Source: Piromyces finnis finn (lineage: Eukaryota > Fungi > Neocallimastigomycota). From it: DNA of 64,000 nt. The stretch spans positions 868,001 to 932,000 of the forward strand of contig MCFH01000006.1 in the NCBI GenBank assembly GCA_002104945.1. Reading direction: 5' to 3'. Numbering within the stretch: position 1 is the first letter of the stretch; every line of letters starts with the position of its first letter. The notes beneath the pieces are model-generated. The model did not search any database. It was not told where the DNA came from and saw nothing but the letters and a program-made list of their open reading frames with translations. Positions 18,300 through 33,283 of the stretch are shown here, one piece after another. The position numbers were made by a program, and so were the translations under genes.

Positions 18300-18900
18300 T
18301 TTTAAGGAAACAAGGATAATTATTATGAGAATTTTCAAGAAAAAATATTATCATTTACTAAGGAAGAGGAAATAGTTAGTAATATTCATGTAATGATAAT
18401 GTTGATATACAATAATATAATAAAATATGGTTGTGACCTATTTAATAATATAATTTAAGGATATTCAGTTAGAACCCAATTATATTAACTATACTTAGGC
18501 AATTCTTGGATATAAAAATGAATGTCCATATTTATAACAATTAAATTTTTTTAAGAAGATTGGATTTTATTAAATAGTGTTATTATTTAATGACTTTTTA
18601 TTAGTTTAAAGGATTACTAAAAATTGAATTGCTTAATGAATTAGTGGAAGAATCTCGATCTATCTTGTTTAATTATGAAAACATATTTTCAACAAGTTTT
18701 TTTGAAAGAACATTACTTTTAAAATTTATATTTTTATATATTTTTATTTATAAATTAAAATAAAACTTTATTATGTAAAAATAAAGTTTCTCCCAAATAT
18801 GCACTAATTAATATTTAATAATACTTTAAATACGATAAAGTTCTTTTTAATCATTTTGTACTACAATAAACTAATATAGATGAAATTTTATATTTATTAA
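18300..18900 (+). pseudogene. Possible decayed coding remnant (ankyrin-like fragment?)
   Basis: Raised GC and broken frames such as NIIKYGCDLF and KGLLKIELLNELVEESRSILFNYENIF. Family assignment weak. Confidence 0.2.
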
Positions 18901-19925
18901 AAATACTGATTTTTGAACAATTTCGTAAAGGAAAATGTATCTAGTTTATGATAAATGTAGTTACAAATAAGGTCAAAATAAAAGTATATATGAGCAAATA
19001 TAATTAACTATAAAATAAAATAAAATGAAATATTTAATCTGATATTTTGATTATTTATTAATAAAAAGTCAAGTTTTATTTTTTTATTTCAATTTCTGTA
19101 TTTATTAGTAATCAAATAACTGAACTTAATATATTAATATTTATTTAAATATATTAAATTTATATCAGATAAAGAAAAAATATAATAATATTCAATTAAA
19201 ACAGTTTCTTTAATACATTATTAAATAAGATTCATTTTAATTTATTATAAAAATAAGAACATTCAATTTTATTTGAATATTTAAATATTATTTATATGTC
19301 TTGTACAGCATAAAATTATTTTAATAAATATATAACAATTAAAGTTTATTATTGAACTCCTTTTTTTTTTTTTTTTATTTAAAAATTATATTTATTTTTT
19401 GTTAATCAACATAGAATATATTTATTATTGTTTGTAGTACAATTATAAGGATTATTATTTCAACAAAAAATATTTAATATTAAATAATGTATATTGTGTT
19501 GTATTGTATTTCTAAAGAAAGATAGGGAAAATTAATAATAAAAATAATAATGTTAAATCTTTTTAATTCTATTATAAAATTATTCCGTTGTTTAGCTATA
19601 TATTTTAAAGAATGTCTATAAATTATAAATTATGTATATAATTATAATTTTATCACCTTTAATTCGCATTTACATTGTAAATAATAAATAATATAAATAA
19701 GGTTTTATCATAATTTGTTTTGAGGAACACAATGTTTTAAAAATTTAATATTGGATGAAACTCTAAACTTTAAATAATAATATATTCTTTTTATTTTTGA
19801 GAAAAAATCTTTTTCCATTTAAATGTTAATGTAAAATTCGTTATTTTTTTAATATATAGTTTTTTTTTTTAATAAATTGAAAACATATAAAATGAAATAA
19901 ATTTCCTATTATTAAAAAACTACAA

Positions 19926-19957
<32 letters not shown>

Positions 19958-20020
19958 TAAAAATAAATAAATAAATAAACAAATAAACAAATAAATAAAT
20001 ACAAAATATTATTAGTAAAA

Positions 20021-20968
20021 ATGAAAATACCATATTATATCTCTTTTGTTTTAATATTATTTACTGTTGCTATTAATGCTTTCAATGTTACTATCTCTGA
20101 TAGAGATATGAATAATTATTTAGAAGTTGAAAATATTGAAAGAAATATTAAATTTAATGGTGAAAGATTATTAGATGTTTATTATGATAAAAATACTCTT
20201 AAACAAAAGAAACATGTTGTTATTCATATTTTCGGTAGTTATTGGATTAAGGGTGATAAAATAGGACAAACAAAAATCGGTTCTCTTCTTGAAAGAGAAG
20301 GATACGTTGCTGTTGTTCCAAATTATGTTTTATTCCCAAATGGTACTGTAGAAGATATGGTTGACGATATTTATAATGCTATTCAATGGACTTACAAAAA
20401 TATTTCAAAGTATGGTGGTAATCCAAAGAAGATTTACATTTGTGCTCATTCTTCTGGTGCTCACATTGCTGCATTAACTATTATTAAATCTGCATTAAAT
20501 TTAGAAAACAATGGTGTTAAATTAGAACCTTTACCAAAACTCAGAAGAGTTATTTTATTAAATGGCCCTTACAGTTTTGATGCTGAATTCCTCACTTACA
20601 CTTTACAAGGTTCAGGAAATACTTCTAATGTTGCTATTACATCTAACGTCGAAGAACAACTTCTTCTTCAAAAATTAATGATGACATATTATAATGATAA
20701 ATCCATTTCCCCAATCGAACTTCTTAAAGAATGTGAAAAGAATTCTAGCAAGTTAAATGTTAATAAATTTGTTTTCTTTTACACTGCTGATGATAATGTT
20801 ATTCCAGAATCTTCTTCCAAGGGTTTAATTTCTGAAATTATGCGTACTAGTTCAAGCTCTTTTGAATATATTTACGAAGAAGGTTTAGGCCATGCTACTG
20901 TTACTGATGGTGTTAAAGCAGGTCTTTCTGAATATGAAGAATGGTACATGGATTTAATTCATTCTTAA
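20021..20968 (+). CDS. Secreted alpha/beta-hydrolase (ICME-like carboxylesterase) copy 1, intronless, 315 aa
   Basis: Signal peptide ending AINA; HIFGSYW; YVLFPNGTVEDMVDD; YGGNPKKIYICAHSSGAH; triad candidates D (ADDNVIP) and H (GLGHAT). Confidence 0.9.
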   Translation: MKIPYYISFVLILFTVAINAFNVTISDRDMNNYLEVENIERNIKFNGERLLDVYYDKNTLKQKKHVVIHIFGSYWIKGDKIGQTKIGSLLEREGYVAVVPNYVLFPNGTVEDMVDDIYNAIQWTYKNISKYGGNPKKIYICAHSSGAHIAALTIIKSALNLENNGVKLEPLPKLRRVILLNGPYSFDAEFLTYTLQGSGNTSNVAITSNVEEQLLLQKLMMTYYNDKSISPIELLKECEKNSSKLNVNKFVFFYTADDNVIPESSSKGLISEIMRTSSSSFEYIYEEGLGHATVTDGVKAGLSEYEEWYMDLIHS

Positions 20969-22140
20969 GTTAAATTAATATTTATTTTAAAAGAATATGT
21001 TATTAAAGTAGTTTATTTTCATTAAATCTAATCAAATATAAAATATTTAAAAGAAATAATAATAGAAAAATAGAAAATAGAAAATTATATTTATGCATAG
21101 ATTACTATGTTATAAGAAATAGTTATAAAAGTTTAAAAAAAAAATAATAGAAAATAAAATAATGGTGTAAAATCTCTTTTAAAAAATAATAACAATTGTA
21201 GTAAATAATCAAAAACTTTCATATATATATGCTAAATATGTGTGCGAGTTATTAAAAATAATAATAATTATAATTATTAGTATACTTAAATTTTAAAATT
21301 AAACATATTAAAAATAAGAAAATATGTAATTTAAGAAAAAAATAAATAAAAAATATAAATAAAATATAAAAAAGAGTAAATTAAAAAATAATAATTATAT
21401 ATTAATATTGAGTGAAAATGATGGAGTAAAATAAAAAATTTATAGAGTTTTGAAAAAATTTAAAGAGAACATTTGTAGTAAATAATGAAAGTTTTTTTTT
21501 TTTTTTTTTGTTTTTATTTAATTAAATAATAAAAAGAAATAATAGATTACATTATAAATAATAGCATTGCAATTAATTAAAATCATTAAAAAAAAATAAG
21601 AAATTATATTTAAAAAAGTTTATAAAAAATACCATTAATATATATAATATAAAATTTAATTTCCCTTTTCATCATAAATTTTTATTATTAAATATAAATT
21701 CATTCTAAATAAAAATTTAATTTCTTATATTAATTTTTCTCCTATATTATAATCTATTGTTTACTTATTATAAACCATGTGTTAAATAATATTTCTATAA
21801 ATTTGGTTTTTATTGCTTTTAAATCATTTATTATAATTCAATTTATTCAGTTTATGATACGATAAGATTTAATATAAAAGCTATATTTTTATATATTTTT
21901 GTTGAAATATTAAAGCTTAATTTTTATATAGAAAATATAAAAATTATTAAAAATATTGTTCATTTGAATTTATGATTATTGAACAAAACTAACCAAAAAA
22001 ATATATCTAATATATTAGATATAAAAAATAACTGGAAAAAATATATTATTAATAATGAAAATGACTATTACCTATAATGCAAACTTAATATTTCAATAAT
22101 AATGAATAATAAAAATATATTCTTTAATTACTTTAATATT

Positions 22141-22255
22141 AAAATTGATAAATAATATTAAAAGATTTAATTTTTAAATTTTTTATTTAAAAATATTAAA
22201 ATTGATAAATAATATTAAAAGATTTAATTTTTAAATTTTTTATTTAAAAATATTT
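22141..22255. repeat. Tandem duplication, about 57-bp unit x2
   Basis: aaaattgataaataatattaaaagatttaatttttaaattttttatttaaaaatatt repeated twice. Confidence 0.85.
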
Positions 22256-23254
22256 AAAATTGTTTTTTTTTGAATTGATATAATAATTATTATTTTTTTT
22301 AATTATTTCCATTATCCCTATATTTTTAGTAGCCTTATTTTTATTATTGATATATTATTTTAATAAAATAAACTAATTTAATATTGAGATTAATAATGAT
22401 TTTTTTTTTTACTATAAACTAAAAATTTACAGAAAATTATTAAACCGTTAGAGAATAAATATCAATATATATTATATATATTTTGATACTAAATTTTTAT
22501 TTTTAATCAGTTAAAGACATTTATAATATTAAAAAAAAAAGAAGATATATAATTTAATATTCTATATAAGCCATGTTATATAATTAATATCCATATTATA
22601 TAGTATTATTATTAATTATTTAATAAATAAATAAATATTGATTATAATGATGAAATGATAAAATAATCAATAATACTAAACGGTAACAATATTAAAAAAA
22701 AATAAATGGGATAATAGAGAAAGAAAATAAGAATAATTTATATTATCTTTGTATTAAAAAATTATATTTATTTTTTGATATCAGTTTAAGGGAAATTGTA
22801 CCCACAATGTAATATGTTACATAAATTTCTCTCTCTCTTTTTTTTCTTTTCTCCTATTTTCTTTTTTCCTTTTTTTTTTTTTACTATTATTTTTAAATTT
22901 GTTTATATGTTTCCTTTTAAAAATTCTTTATTTTATATATTAAAATAAATTTTCATTCAATAATAAACCGTTTTCTATACATTAAATTTAATATAATTAA
23001 TTTATTTCAATGCTATTTTTTTAAAAATATATGTCTATAAATACGGTAAATATAATAAAATATGGTAATATTAATATATTAATATATTCTATATTAATAA
23101 TATTGAATAATCAAATTATCCAATTTTTTTTTTAATGTAACTTTGGATATAATAAGGATAAAAAAATTTTTTTATATAAATACATCATTTCAATTATTTT
23201 TTATTTTTATTATCAGATTTAATTCTTAATATTTTTATAATAAAACTCTTAAAA

Positions 23255-24214
23255 ATGAAGTCAACTCTTTTCTTAAATATTATTTTTGCTATATTATTTG
23301 TCATTGGTATCAATGCTCAAAATGTAACTCTTTCAAATGAAGAAGATATGAAAAACTACTTAAGTGTAGAAAATATTGAAAGAGATATCGCTTATAATGG
23401 TGGAAGATTATTAGATGTCTATTATGATAAGCAAGATACTATGACTCCAAAGCCAGTTGTTATTCATATTTATGGTGGATCCTGGGTTAGTGGAAGCAAA
23501 ATCCAATATACTAAATTTGGATCTCTTCTTGAATCTGAAGGTTATGTTGCTGTTTTACCAAATTATATCTTATTCCCAAATGGTTCTATTGAAGATATGG
23601 TTGAAGATGTTTACAATGCTATTCAATGGACTTACAACAATATTTCTAAATATGGTGGTAATCCAAATTTAATCTCCCTTTCTGCTCACTCTGCTGGTGC
23701 TCATGTTTCTGCCTTAACTATTGTTAAGGCTGCTCTTAACTTACCAAACAATAATGTAACTTTACAAAACTTACCACAACTTGATAAAGTTGTTTTAATG
23801 AACGGTCCATATGTTTTTGATCAAGAATTCCTTTACTACACTTTACAAGGAACTACTGATACTAGTAATACCACTGCTACTTCTGATAAACAACAACAAG
23901 CTATTCTTCAAAAATTAATGTTAACATACTATGGAAATGCTGAAATCTCTCCAATTGAAATTCTTAAAGAATACGAAGACAATTCTATTTACAATAATTT
24001 CAATGTCAATAAATTCGTTTTCTTCTATACCTCTTTAGATAATGTTGTTCCAGAATCCTCTTCAAAGAATTTAATTGCTCAAATTAATCGTACTAGTAAC
24101 GTTCAATATGAATATGTTTATATTGAAGGAATTGAACATGCTTCTCTTGTTAGAGGTGTTAGAGGTGGAGATGTTGAATATGAAAATATGTATATAGAAT
24201 TACTTAGAAAGTAA
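23255..24214 (+). CDS. Secreted alpha/beta-hydrolase (ICME-like carboxylesterase) copy 2, intronless, 319 aa
   Basis: Signal peptide ending GINA; HIYGGSWVSG; YGGNPNLISLSAHSAGAH; SLDNVVP; GIEHAS. Confidence 0.92.
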   Translation: MKSTLFLNIIFAILFVIGINAQNVTLSNEEDMKNYLSVENIERDIAYNGGRLLDVYYDKQDTMTPKPVVIHIYGGSWVSGSKIQYTKFGSLLESEGYVAVLPNYILFPNGSIEDMVEDVYNAIQWTYNNISKYGGNPNLISLSAHSAGAHVSALTIVKAALNLPNNNVTLQNLPQLDKVVLMNGPYVFDQEFLYYTLQGTTDTSNTTATSDKQQQAILQKLMLTYYGNAEISPIEILKEYEDNSIYNNFNVNKFVFFYTSLDNVVPESSSKNLIAQINRTSNVQYEYVYIEGIEHASLVRGVRGGDVEYENMYIELLRK

Positions 24215-25949
24215 ATTAATATTAAATTATAATGACTCTCGTAGTCTAATTTCCTATCTTTTTATTTAATTTTTTATTTTATTTTTCATTTTCATAGTAT
24301 TTAGTAAATTGATTTATTTATTTATTTATTAATAATAAACATAGAACTAATAAAAATAAATAATATATAAACAATATGAAAGATGTGCGATTTTTATTAT
24401 TAGGACATTTTATATATATATTTGAAATGATTTATGGAATATAATTTGTGTAATTCTTTTGTAAGATTTAAAAAAAGTTTTTTTTTTTTTTTTTTTGTTG
24501 ATCTTCATTTTTAAAAAACTTTTTATAGGAAAGGGTAACACAAAAAATTTTTTTTTGATATTTGACTATAGGAAGGTGTTACAATTTGATTAGAAGATTT
24601 AAGGATTGAATAATTAATTTTGAAACTTTTTTTTTAATTGTATAAATTATATAATGTAAAAAAAAAAAGGGTTATTTATTATAAAATAAAGATTCCTATA
24701 AAATGAGGTATTTTTTTTTTAATAAGAAAAATAAAAATAGAAAATGAATAAATTATAACATACTATATATAGAAATAATAATATTTTTTTATCATTGTTT
24801 ATCCTTTAAATTTTTTATTATATATGAAATAATCCCATAAAAATTTCGTGTCACCTAAAATCTAATAAATAAAATATACAGAAATACCTATATTATTTAA
24901 TATATTAATGAATCAATATTAATCATAAAAAAAAAAAAATATTTTTTTTTCTATATAGAAAAAAAAAAATTTATGTATTAATTAAACTTTTCATCCGCAA
25001 TTCTTTATGAGAATAGTAATTACAGTATTATAATATGAAAATATAAGAATATGGCCATGAATTTTTATATAAAATTGTAGACATATTTTTTATATGATAT
25101 TATATGAAATATTTCTACATTTATTTTTTAAATAATAATTAATATTGAGAGATATGTATTATTTAATAATATCATTTGTACATCCTTAAGAATTAAAGCT
25201 TTTGGAACTCATTACGATCCCATTTCTATTGATCAATTCAGTTCAACAAGATTATTTATTTTTACTATATAAATATATTTTATTGACTTTACAGTCATTT
25301 TAATTTCAAATTTTATTAAATTCGTTTAATCCTTATAGTAATAACTTCAAAAAAAAAAAAAAACTTTTTGATTTTTTTTCTGGAGTTTTAAGTGATTTTA
25401 ATATTTTCAAATGTAATATTTCTTTTATTTTCATTTTTGTACATCCTAATCATAATTTCCTATATATTTTAGAAACAAATTTCAGTAATTTTGCTGTTGG
25501 GCTTAAATCTCAAAAAAAAAAAAAAAAACTTTTGATGATAATATAATTTATTCTGTCTCTTGTCTTTCAAGGATTTATACATTAATTGAATGAATTTATC
25601 CTATATTACAATAATTTTAATAGTTTTATTATTTAATAGCATTTAGATGGAAATAGCCAGATTTTTTCTATAAGATATTATTTATTATGAATACAATAAC
25701 AATTGTTTTTTTTATATTTCATTTATTTATTATTTTTTTCACTTTTTTTTTTAGCATTCATATATTATATACTATTTCTTTTTGTCTTTTAATTTATATT
25801 AAGCATTATTTAATAAAATAAGTATATTTAAAATCAATTTTTTTGTTAAAAACTAAAGTCTTATATTCTTCTATATAAAATCATTTTTAATAAAAATTAT
25901 TTTTTATAATTAAAATAATTAAATTGCTTAAAATTTATTGCTATTAGAG

Positions 25950-27300
25950 AACTTTATATGAGAATTAAGGCTTTAGACCATGAAGATTAGGAAAAATGTA
26001 TAATATATACATAATTAAAAGGATCGGTCGAATCCATATGATTGAATAAAAAGAAAAGAAATGACTATTTAGAATCAGATAGTTATTTAGAAATGTTAAA
26101 AACAAAGAAAATAATAAAACATAAATCATATGTCAATAATTCATACAAAAATTGTATTAAGCTATTCCAGTTATTAAAACGAATATATTTCAAAAAAAAA
26201 AAAAATATAAAATTCATAAAGATTTTTTTGAAAAAGTATCAAAAAAAGATTAAACAAAAAAATAGCAAAGAAGCATTACTAGAAACAATTGAAATTCCAA
26301 GTGAAAATAAATTGTTTCTAAATATTTTGAATTGAAGGCTTAATATTGAAGTTTATTTACTTTAAATTAAAATATACTTTTTAATAAACAGTATAATGAC
26401 AAGGTATGAAATTACGTATCTTATGAAGTCATATTTACAAACATTACTAAATACTAAATATATGTTAGATTTGAAAAAGTCAATCTTATTACTAACACTA
26501 AGGAAATAAAAAATATCTATGAAGAATCTATTAACTTATATTATTTGATCAATGAAGCATTATTAAAAAAAAATGAATAATTAATAATTGGTTTAATATA
26601 ACTATATTAACGATCTCAATAGTTAATATAAAATTTTATAATTAATATAACTGAAATGTATTATTAATTTCTTTCACAAAATTTCAAAATATGCAACAAG
26701 CAATAGTCTTGTAATATTTTAAATTTTAATATAATCTAATTTTTTATTTCAATTTAAAACAGATAATTGAATTTCTTTTAATGATAGTAGTGAATATTTT
26801 TAAATTTTTGTAAATTTAATATAAAACCCATATATATTATTAAACATAAATAAATAAAAAAGGATATTATTGTAATTTAATTAAAAATAAGAAAAAATAT
26901 TATTATATTGGTATATAAATGTCATTTAATATGACTAAAAACCAATATTGGAATTTATCAAAAGATGTAATTATATATCAACTTTGGTTGTGATCCTTCT
27001 AGCCTATATTACTGTTTCTTTAACATTGACACTTTTAATTGTTATAATATATTATTTAAATATTACGCTGTTATTTCCTATATCATAAGAATCGATTTTC
27101 TCTGATGAGGTTGTACAGTAATTATTAAAAATGATGATATTAAATAAATACTTTAAGTTTGACTTTTTTGAAAGTTATTTTCACTCCTTTGTACTATATA
27201 TACTTCATACCTTTATCTGTATACATACTTTTAATATTAATGGGTTATTAAAATATTTGTTAACTAAATTACATCTAAACTGGAAATTATATGAAAAGAA
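25950..27300 (+). pseudogene. Possible decayed coding remnant of unknown family
   Basis: Patchy codon-like sequence with many stops and frameshifts (LESDSYLEMLK, KEALLETIEIPSENKLF, INFGCDPSSL). No diagnostic motif. Confidence 0.2.
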
Positions 27301-30300
27301 ATATAATTATTATCTTTAGAATTTCTAATAATGCTATAATTTTTATTATCATTACTACTACTACTACTACTAATAATAATAATAATAATGATAATGATGT
27401 AAAGATAATATTAGTAGTACCGCAATTTATCATGTATATTAATGAACGACTAGAGAAATTGCAACTCTATTATCATAAATGATCTACAATACATCGTTTA
27501 TATAAACTAATATTAGAAAATATGTTATATACAGATAGAGAAATAATATAAATAGTAGTTTTAAATAAGTTTTTTTTTTTTCTACATTAACAATAGATAT
27601 ATAATTATAACAATAAATAATATATGTATCAATATACAATATACAATGAATGAAATTTTTGTTAGTAATGAAGAAATTTTCGGTCTAATAAACAAACAAT
27701 AATATAATTGCAACTAATATTATAATAATGAATTTTGTTAATGAGTTATATGGTCAAAAAAAAAAAAAAAGTAATATTTGAATGAGAATTTTTGTAAATA
27801 TTTTACACATAGAAAATAGAATTTATTGTAATTATATGTATATATATGTAGAGATCATCTAGTTAAAATTATATTTTAAAAATTTTATTTAAATTACCAT
27901 AAAATAATTATAATATGAATAAAATATCATATTATTGTACTGAAATACCATTATTATAATACTATTTAAATGTAACAATAATCATTACTTTTAAGCATCA
28001 TTTTTAAAATATATTAATTTTGTATTTTTAAAAAGATTACCATTGAATATAATAAAAATTTCTACAATTTAAAACCATCTTTTTCCTATTAGTAATACTT
28101 AATAAAGGTATTACTAATATTTTTATAGAAATATATACTTTAAAAACTATTACTTATTTCCTAATTATTACAACTATCCAAAATAATTTAGTAAATTTCA
28201 TTATATATAAATTAGTTGCCAACTTTTTAATGATATTATATCATTATAATTAACATCAACTTTAAAATATATATATACATTTTTTTTTTTTAATTTATTT
28301 AAATAAAGAAAATAATTTTTATAAAAGTATATTATATGTCAATATATCTTTATTAGTATTTTAAGAAATAGTTATTAATTATTAGAATAATATTAATTTA
28401 CTATTTTTTAAATAATTTATTTTGTATATTATTTATTTAAATCATATCAATAATTATGACAATAAAACATGTAACTCTATCATTTGTATGATGAATGATA
28501 ATTATATTTCACGCCAATTATTTAATATAAATACAGAAATTCTTATAGATCAATAGATCTTTTATATTATAGCAACATATTACTAAAACTTGAATCTTGT
28601 CATTCTAAACAGTCATTATATTTTAAGTTTAGAAAGTTTATAAAGTTATCATAAGATTTACCATAAGATTTACCATGTGAAATCCAAGTTAATGTATCTT
28701 ATTAATTAAAAACTTTTTAAATAAAAGTTTTTTAAATGTTACTATTATTACTATTTTGTTCTCTAATAGTATTCAATACAACTTAACATTAATATTATAT
28801 TTAATGTTGAGCTATATGACATTGTTAGGTATATACTATAACCTAGAATAATCTATGAATCTTTAACACATTAAATTTCAAAATTTTTTTAATTATATAA
28901 AAACTTTATATATTAAATGTAAATCTAATATAATAATTTAGTATATTATAAATAATTAACAAAATAGAATAATTCAAACAAAATGTGGATAAGTCAAAAA
29001 TTCCATCAATTAAATTAAAAGGGTTTATTATTAATTTATTAATATAATAGAGTTTTTAAAGTTTATATTTCTGTCAAGTTCAGTATTATATAAAAACCTA
29101 ATCCTTGAACAACAAATTGATTAATGATAATCAAAAGAATATCTATCCAATACCTATTAATGAGTTGTATACAAAATATAAAATACAGATAAAAAATACA
29201 GAATATATTCACGGATTAAATTTAATTTCAGGTTAAAGTTATTTATTATTTAGGTGGTTTTTTTTTTTTTAAATTATTAAGAACAAGTAAACATTTATAA
29301 ATACTTTTAAAAAATATATTGAAAAAATTCTAATTTATTAGGAACATATAAAAGATTTTTTATATAATAAAGAGTAAATATCAGGAAGTACTTTTATTTT
29401 ATTAATAAAATTTTCAATTTTCTTTAGATGATTTTTCAATTATTTAATTTTTTTTTATTTTATTTTTTTGTATGTGTATATCTATCTTAAAATAGATTTC
29501 TTTAAAAATAGTGAAATAAAAACCTATTTTTTTTTTATTAGATTATATTTATCAAAATGTAAAATAATATTAAAACTATTTATCGATAAATTTATTGTTA
29601 TTTTTTTGTTTTTTATAATTCTTAATTATATCATTAGTAATTAATAATTAAAACAAAAGTATTTTATCCAATTTGTTTATTTAATATTAAATTACAATTT
29701 ATTAATCCCATAACATTGTAAAAATACAAATTATATTTTCATTATACTTTTTATTTTTACAATTTATTATAGTATTTAAATGCCAATTTCTTTTCTTTTA
29801 AATTTAAAAAAAACATTAACATTCATTTTTAATATTCATATTAAAAATAAATAATAAATTAAAATTTTTATTTTAATTATACAAAGCCACAAATAATGAT
29901 AATGATTGTCACATGATTTATAACCATTTCTATTTAAAACTACAATATTTAAGCTTTTTTTTTTTTTTTTTAAATCTATTATTACTTTAAATCCTTTTTT
30001 TTCTTCAATTGTAAAGATATTTATAATTTATTATAGAAAATATATCAATATTACTGCTGCTTATATTTCTGCATGGATTCAAAATTGAAATTGTAATCTC
30101 AAATATGAGAGAAATTTTATATAATATAAAAAAATCATAAAATACTAACCTTTTATTATTAAAAAAATTGAATTAATTATGAATAAAAGAAATTTCAATT
30201 CTAAAATATTTAAAAGTAAATTTAATGGCACAAAAATTTAAATAAATACTATTAAGTAAAAACACTATTTTATCTATAATTTTAATAACAATCATTTCAA

Positions 30301-33283
30301 TTGATTAAAAGTAAAATTTCATTTTATAATTTAATTGCCAATGTTTTCATTTTTTTTTTTATTTGTATTGCAAGCTAAATTATGTAAAATCAATTAAATA
30401 TTGTAATTAAGATTGAATAATCAATATAATTAACATTTATAGATTTTTATTGTAATTAATTTGATTCTTCTATTTCTGTCATTACATTGGTCCTTTATTT
30501 TTTTTTTTTATTTCAATTTATATTTCAATTTATATTTATATAATTTATATATTGATAATGTGATAATATTTATATTATTTAATTTAAACTAATTCTATAT
30601 ATATCAAAGGAATATATTTTAATTGAATGCTATAATAAATAAACTATTAATTTATATATGATATAGGGTTTATTATATAAATGAATGAATATATAATAAA
30701 TAAATAAATAAACTTTTCAATGAATGAAATTTCAAAGTTTTTTTTTTTCAATTTACATTTGTATATATGTTTTACAATCTACATTATTATTTATATATTT
30801 TTTTATTATTAATAATAAATATGAATTTTTTATTTTAATTATATCATATAAAACTAAATACAGTCTAATATATTATATTTGACAACAACATATATTTAAT
30901 ATATTACATTTATATAGTATAATATATTATCATATATTATTTATTTATATTATATAAATTATACTAAAAAAGAAAAAAAAATCAATTTAAAATTGAAAAT
31001 TATTTTAATATATGTTTTTTTTTTAAAATCACAATTATTGAAATTGTTATATTTAATAAGGAAGGATAATTGAAAGTAAATTTGTAGTTGTAAATACATA
31101 CCTTGTTAATTTTTTTGTATTATATTATCTATTATTAAGAAAAAACAAAGTATACATACCTAAAGTACAATAATCCATCTATGTATATTAAAAGATGTAT
31201 CAATAATCAAGTCTATCAATTGATGATACATGCTTTTGTATGGTATACTTTTAAACTGTGGCATATGACTACCTACCTTTTTCATTTAGGTAAAAATGTG
31301 ACTAACGACAGATAATATTTATTACTAATCTTATTAATATAAATGCCCTGTAAAAATTAGTTGATATATAGTTTAATAAGCCAATTTTATGATAAGGTAA
31401 AATTATAATACTAACAGAATACTAACAAAATAATATTTTCTTAAAGGCGTTTTTTTATTTTTACTAATATTTTTTTTTCAAGGAAATAACATATATATAT
31501 AGACTTTTGTTTTCATAGTAATAAATACTTTTTTTATTTTGTGGTTTTGCAATAATATTGAAATATTTTTTACTTTTTTTTTTTTTTAATCCGCCTTCAA
31601 TAACTATTATTTTTCCTTTTAGAATATTTATTTATAACATGCTTAATTTGCCTAAAGCTTTTTTTTTGCTTAGGTTTAATGATTCAATATGGAAAAATTG
31701 AAAATTAGTCTTTCTATTATTTAATATTTGTGGTTTTTCAATAATTTGAAATAAATTAAAATAATATATTATAATATATTATATTTTTTTATAATATATA
31801 TTTTATATATGGTCATATATTATTGTGTTCATTTTTTTAATTTCTATTTTAAGAATAATATATAATTATAAATATTAGGATATTATCAATATAATATAAT
31901 ATATATCATTATTTATTAATAATATATTGTCAATAAATCATTATTAATAAAAATCTAAATACAAATTTAAATAGAATGGTAAAGTCATTTAATGTTTTTT
32001 TTATAATACAATAAAGTTAAAAAGTATCATTTATATTAGTAAATATAATAAAAAGAATTAATAATAAAAAAGTTAATTTATAATCTATTATATAGAATAA
32101 AAAAAAAGTAGAATAATAAAATTATTAATCCTAAACAAAATAACCAATTTTTATTTAATAAAAAATTAAGGCGTAGTATGCCTAATAAAAAAATCTCATA
32201 AAATTGTTTAACTATTAAAGTTTTTACTGGCAGATAGAATGAAAATTTTTAAAAATTAGATTGATTAAGAAGATGATTTAGATTATCATTATCAAAATTT
32301 CTATTAAATTCTGTATTAAATACCACTAAATGACCACAAGACAAGTAAAAAAAAAAGTATTATTAATTACTTTGGTTTTATTATTAATCCTAATCATACT
32401 TATAATAATAGCAATAATATTAAAGGGTTCTAATAAAAATTGTCAAGTTTACAATTAAATAATATTACAATTGATTAATATATTAATTAATATATGATCT
32501 AATATACTTCAAATGTACTATAAAATATTTAATTTATTTAAAATAGTCAATTGTTAATATATAAAATCTATTTTATTTTATTAATGTGAATACATTCTAT
32601 ATATTCTATTCTATTATTATATAAAATTAGAGTTTTGTTTTTTTATATTAAAATTCTAATTTATTTTTTATATATAAGAACAATTTTTATCTTTTTTTTT
32701 TATAATTTTTTTGTTGTTTGTTTTTATTAATCTTTTCTGAAATTAGTTTTTTTTTTAAGTAATAAAAGAAAAACTATAAAGAGAAGAATTTAATATATAA
32801 ATAATTTATTTTTGATAATATTTGAAAAAAAGAAGCGTATTCAATTATTTAATTAATAAATCTAATAATCCAACAATATATATAAAAAGTAATTTTAAAA
32901 ATCGTATTACTAATAAAAAAGATTTTTTTTTTATTAGAAGAAATACTAAATTCAGTAAATTTAAAAATCTATATTCACCAATGCTTTCTTTATTAAAGAA
33001 TATTACATTATTAAACGTCACTAAAATCAACTTATTAAAGATTTAACAAAATATAAGACAGTATTAATTATTTCAATATCAATTCACAATCAATTATTTA
33101 TTTATATAAAATATTCTCCATGAAATTATAACTTTTCTCTATTATTTTTTTTATTATTATTTTTCAAAACAATACTATTAAATAAAATATTCTTATATTT
33201 TATTTTTATATACCTAATTTATATTTATTCTCTTTAATTTTCATTTTATCAATTTTACAAATAAATTTTAATCGGTTTGCAAG

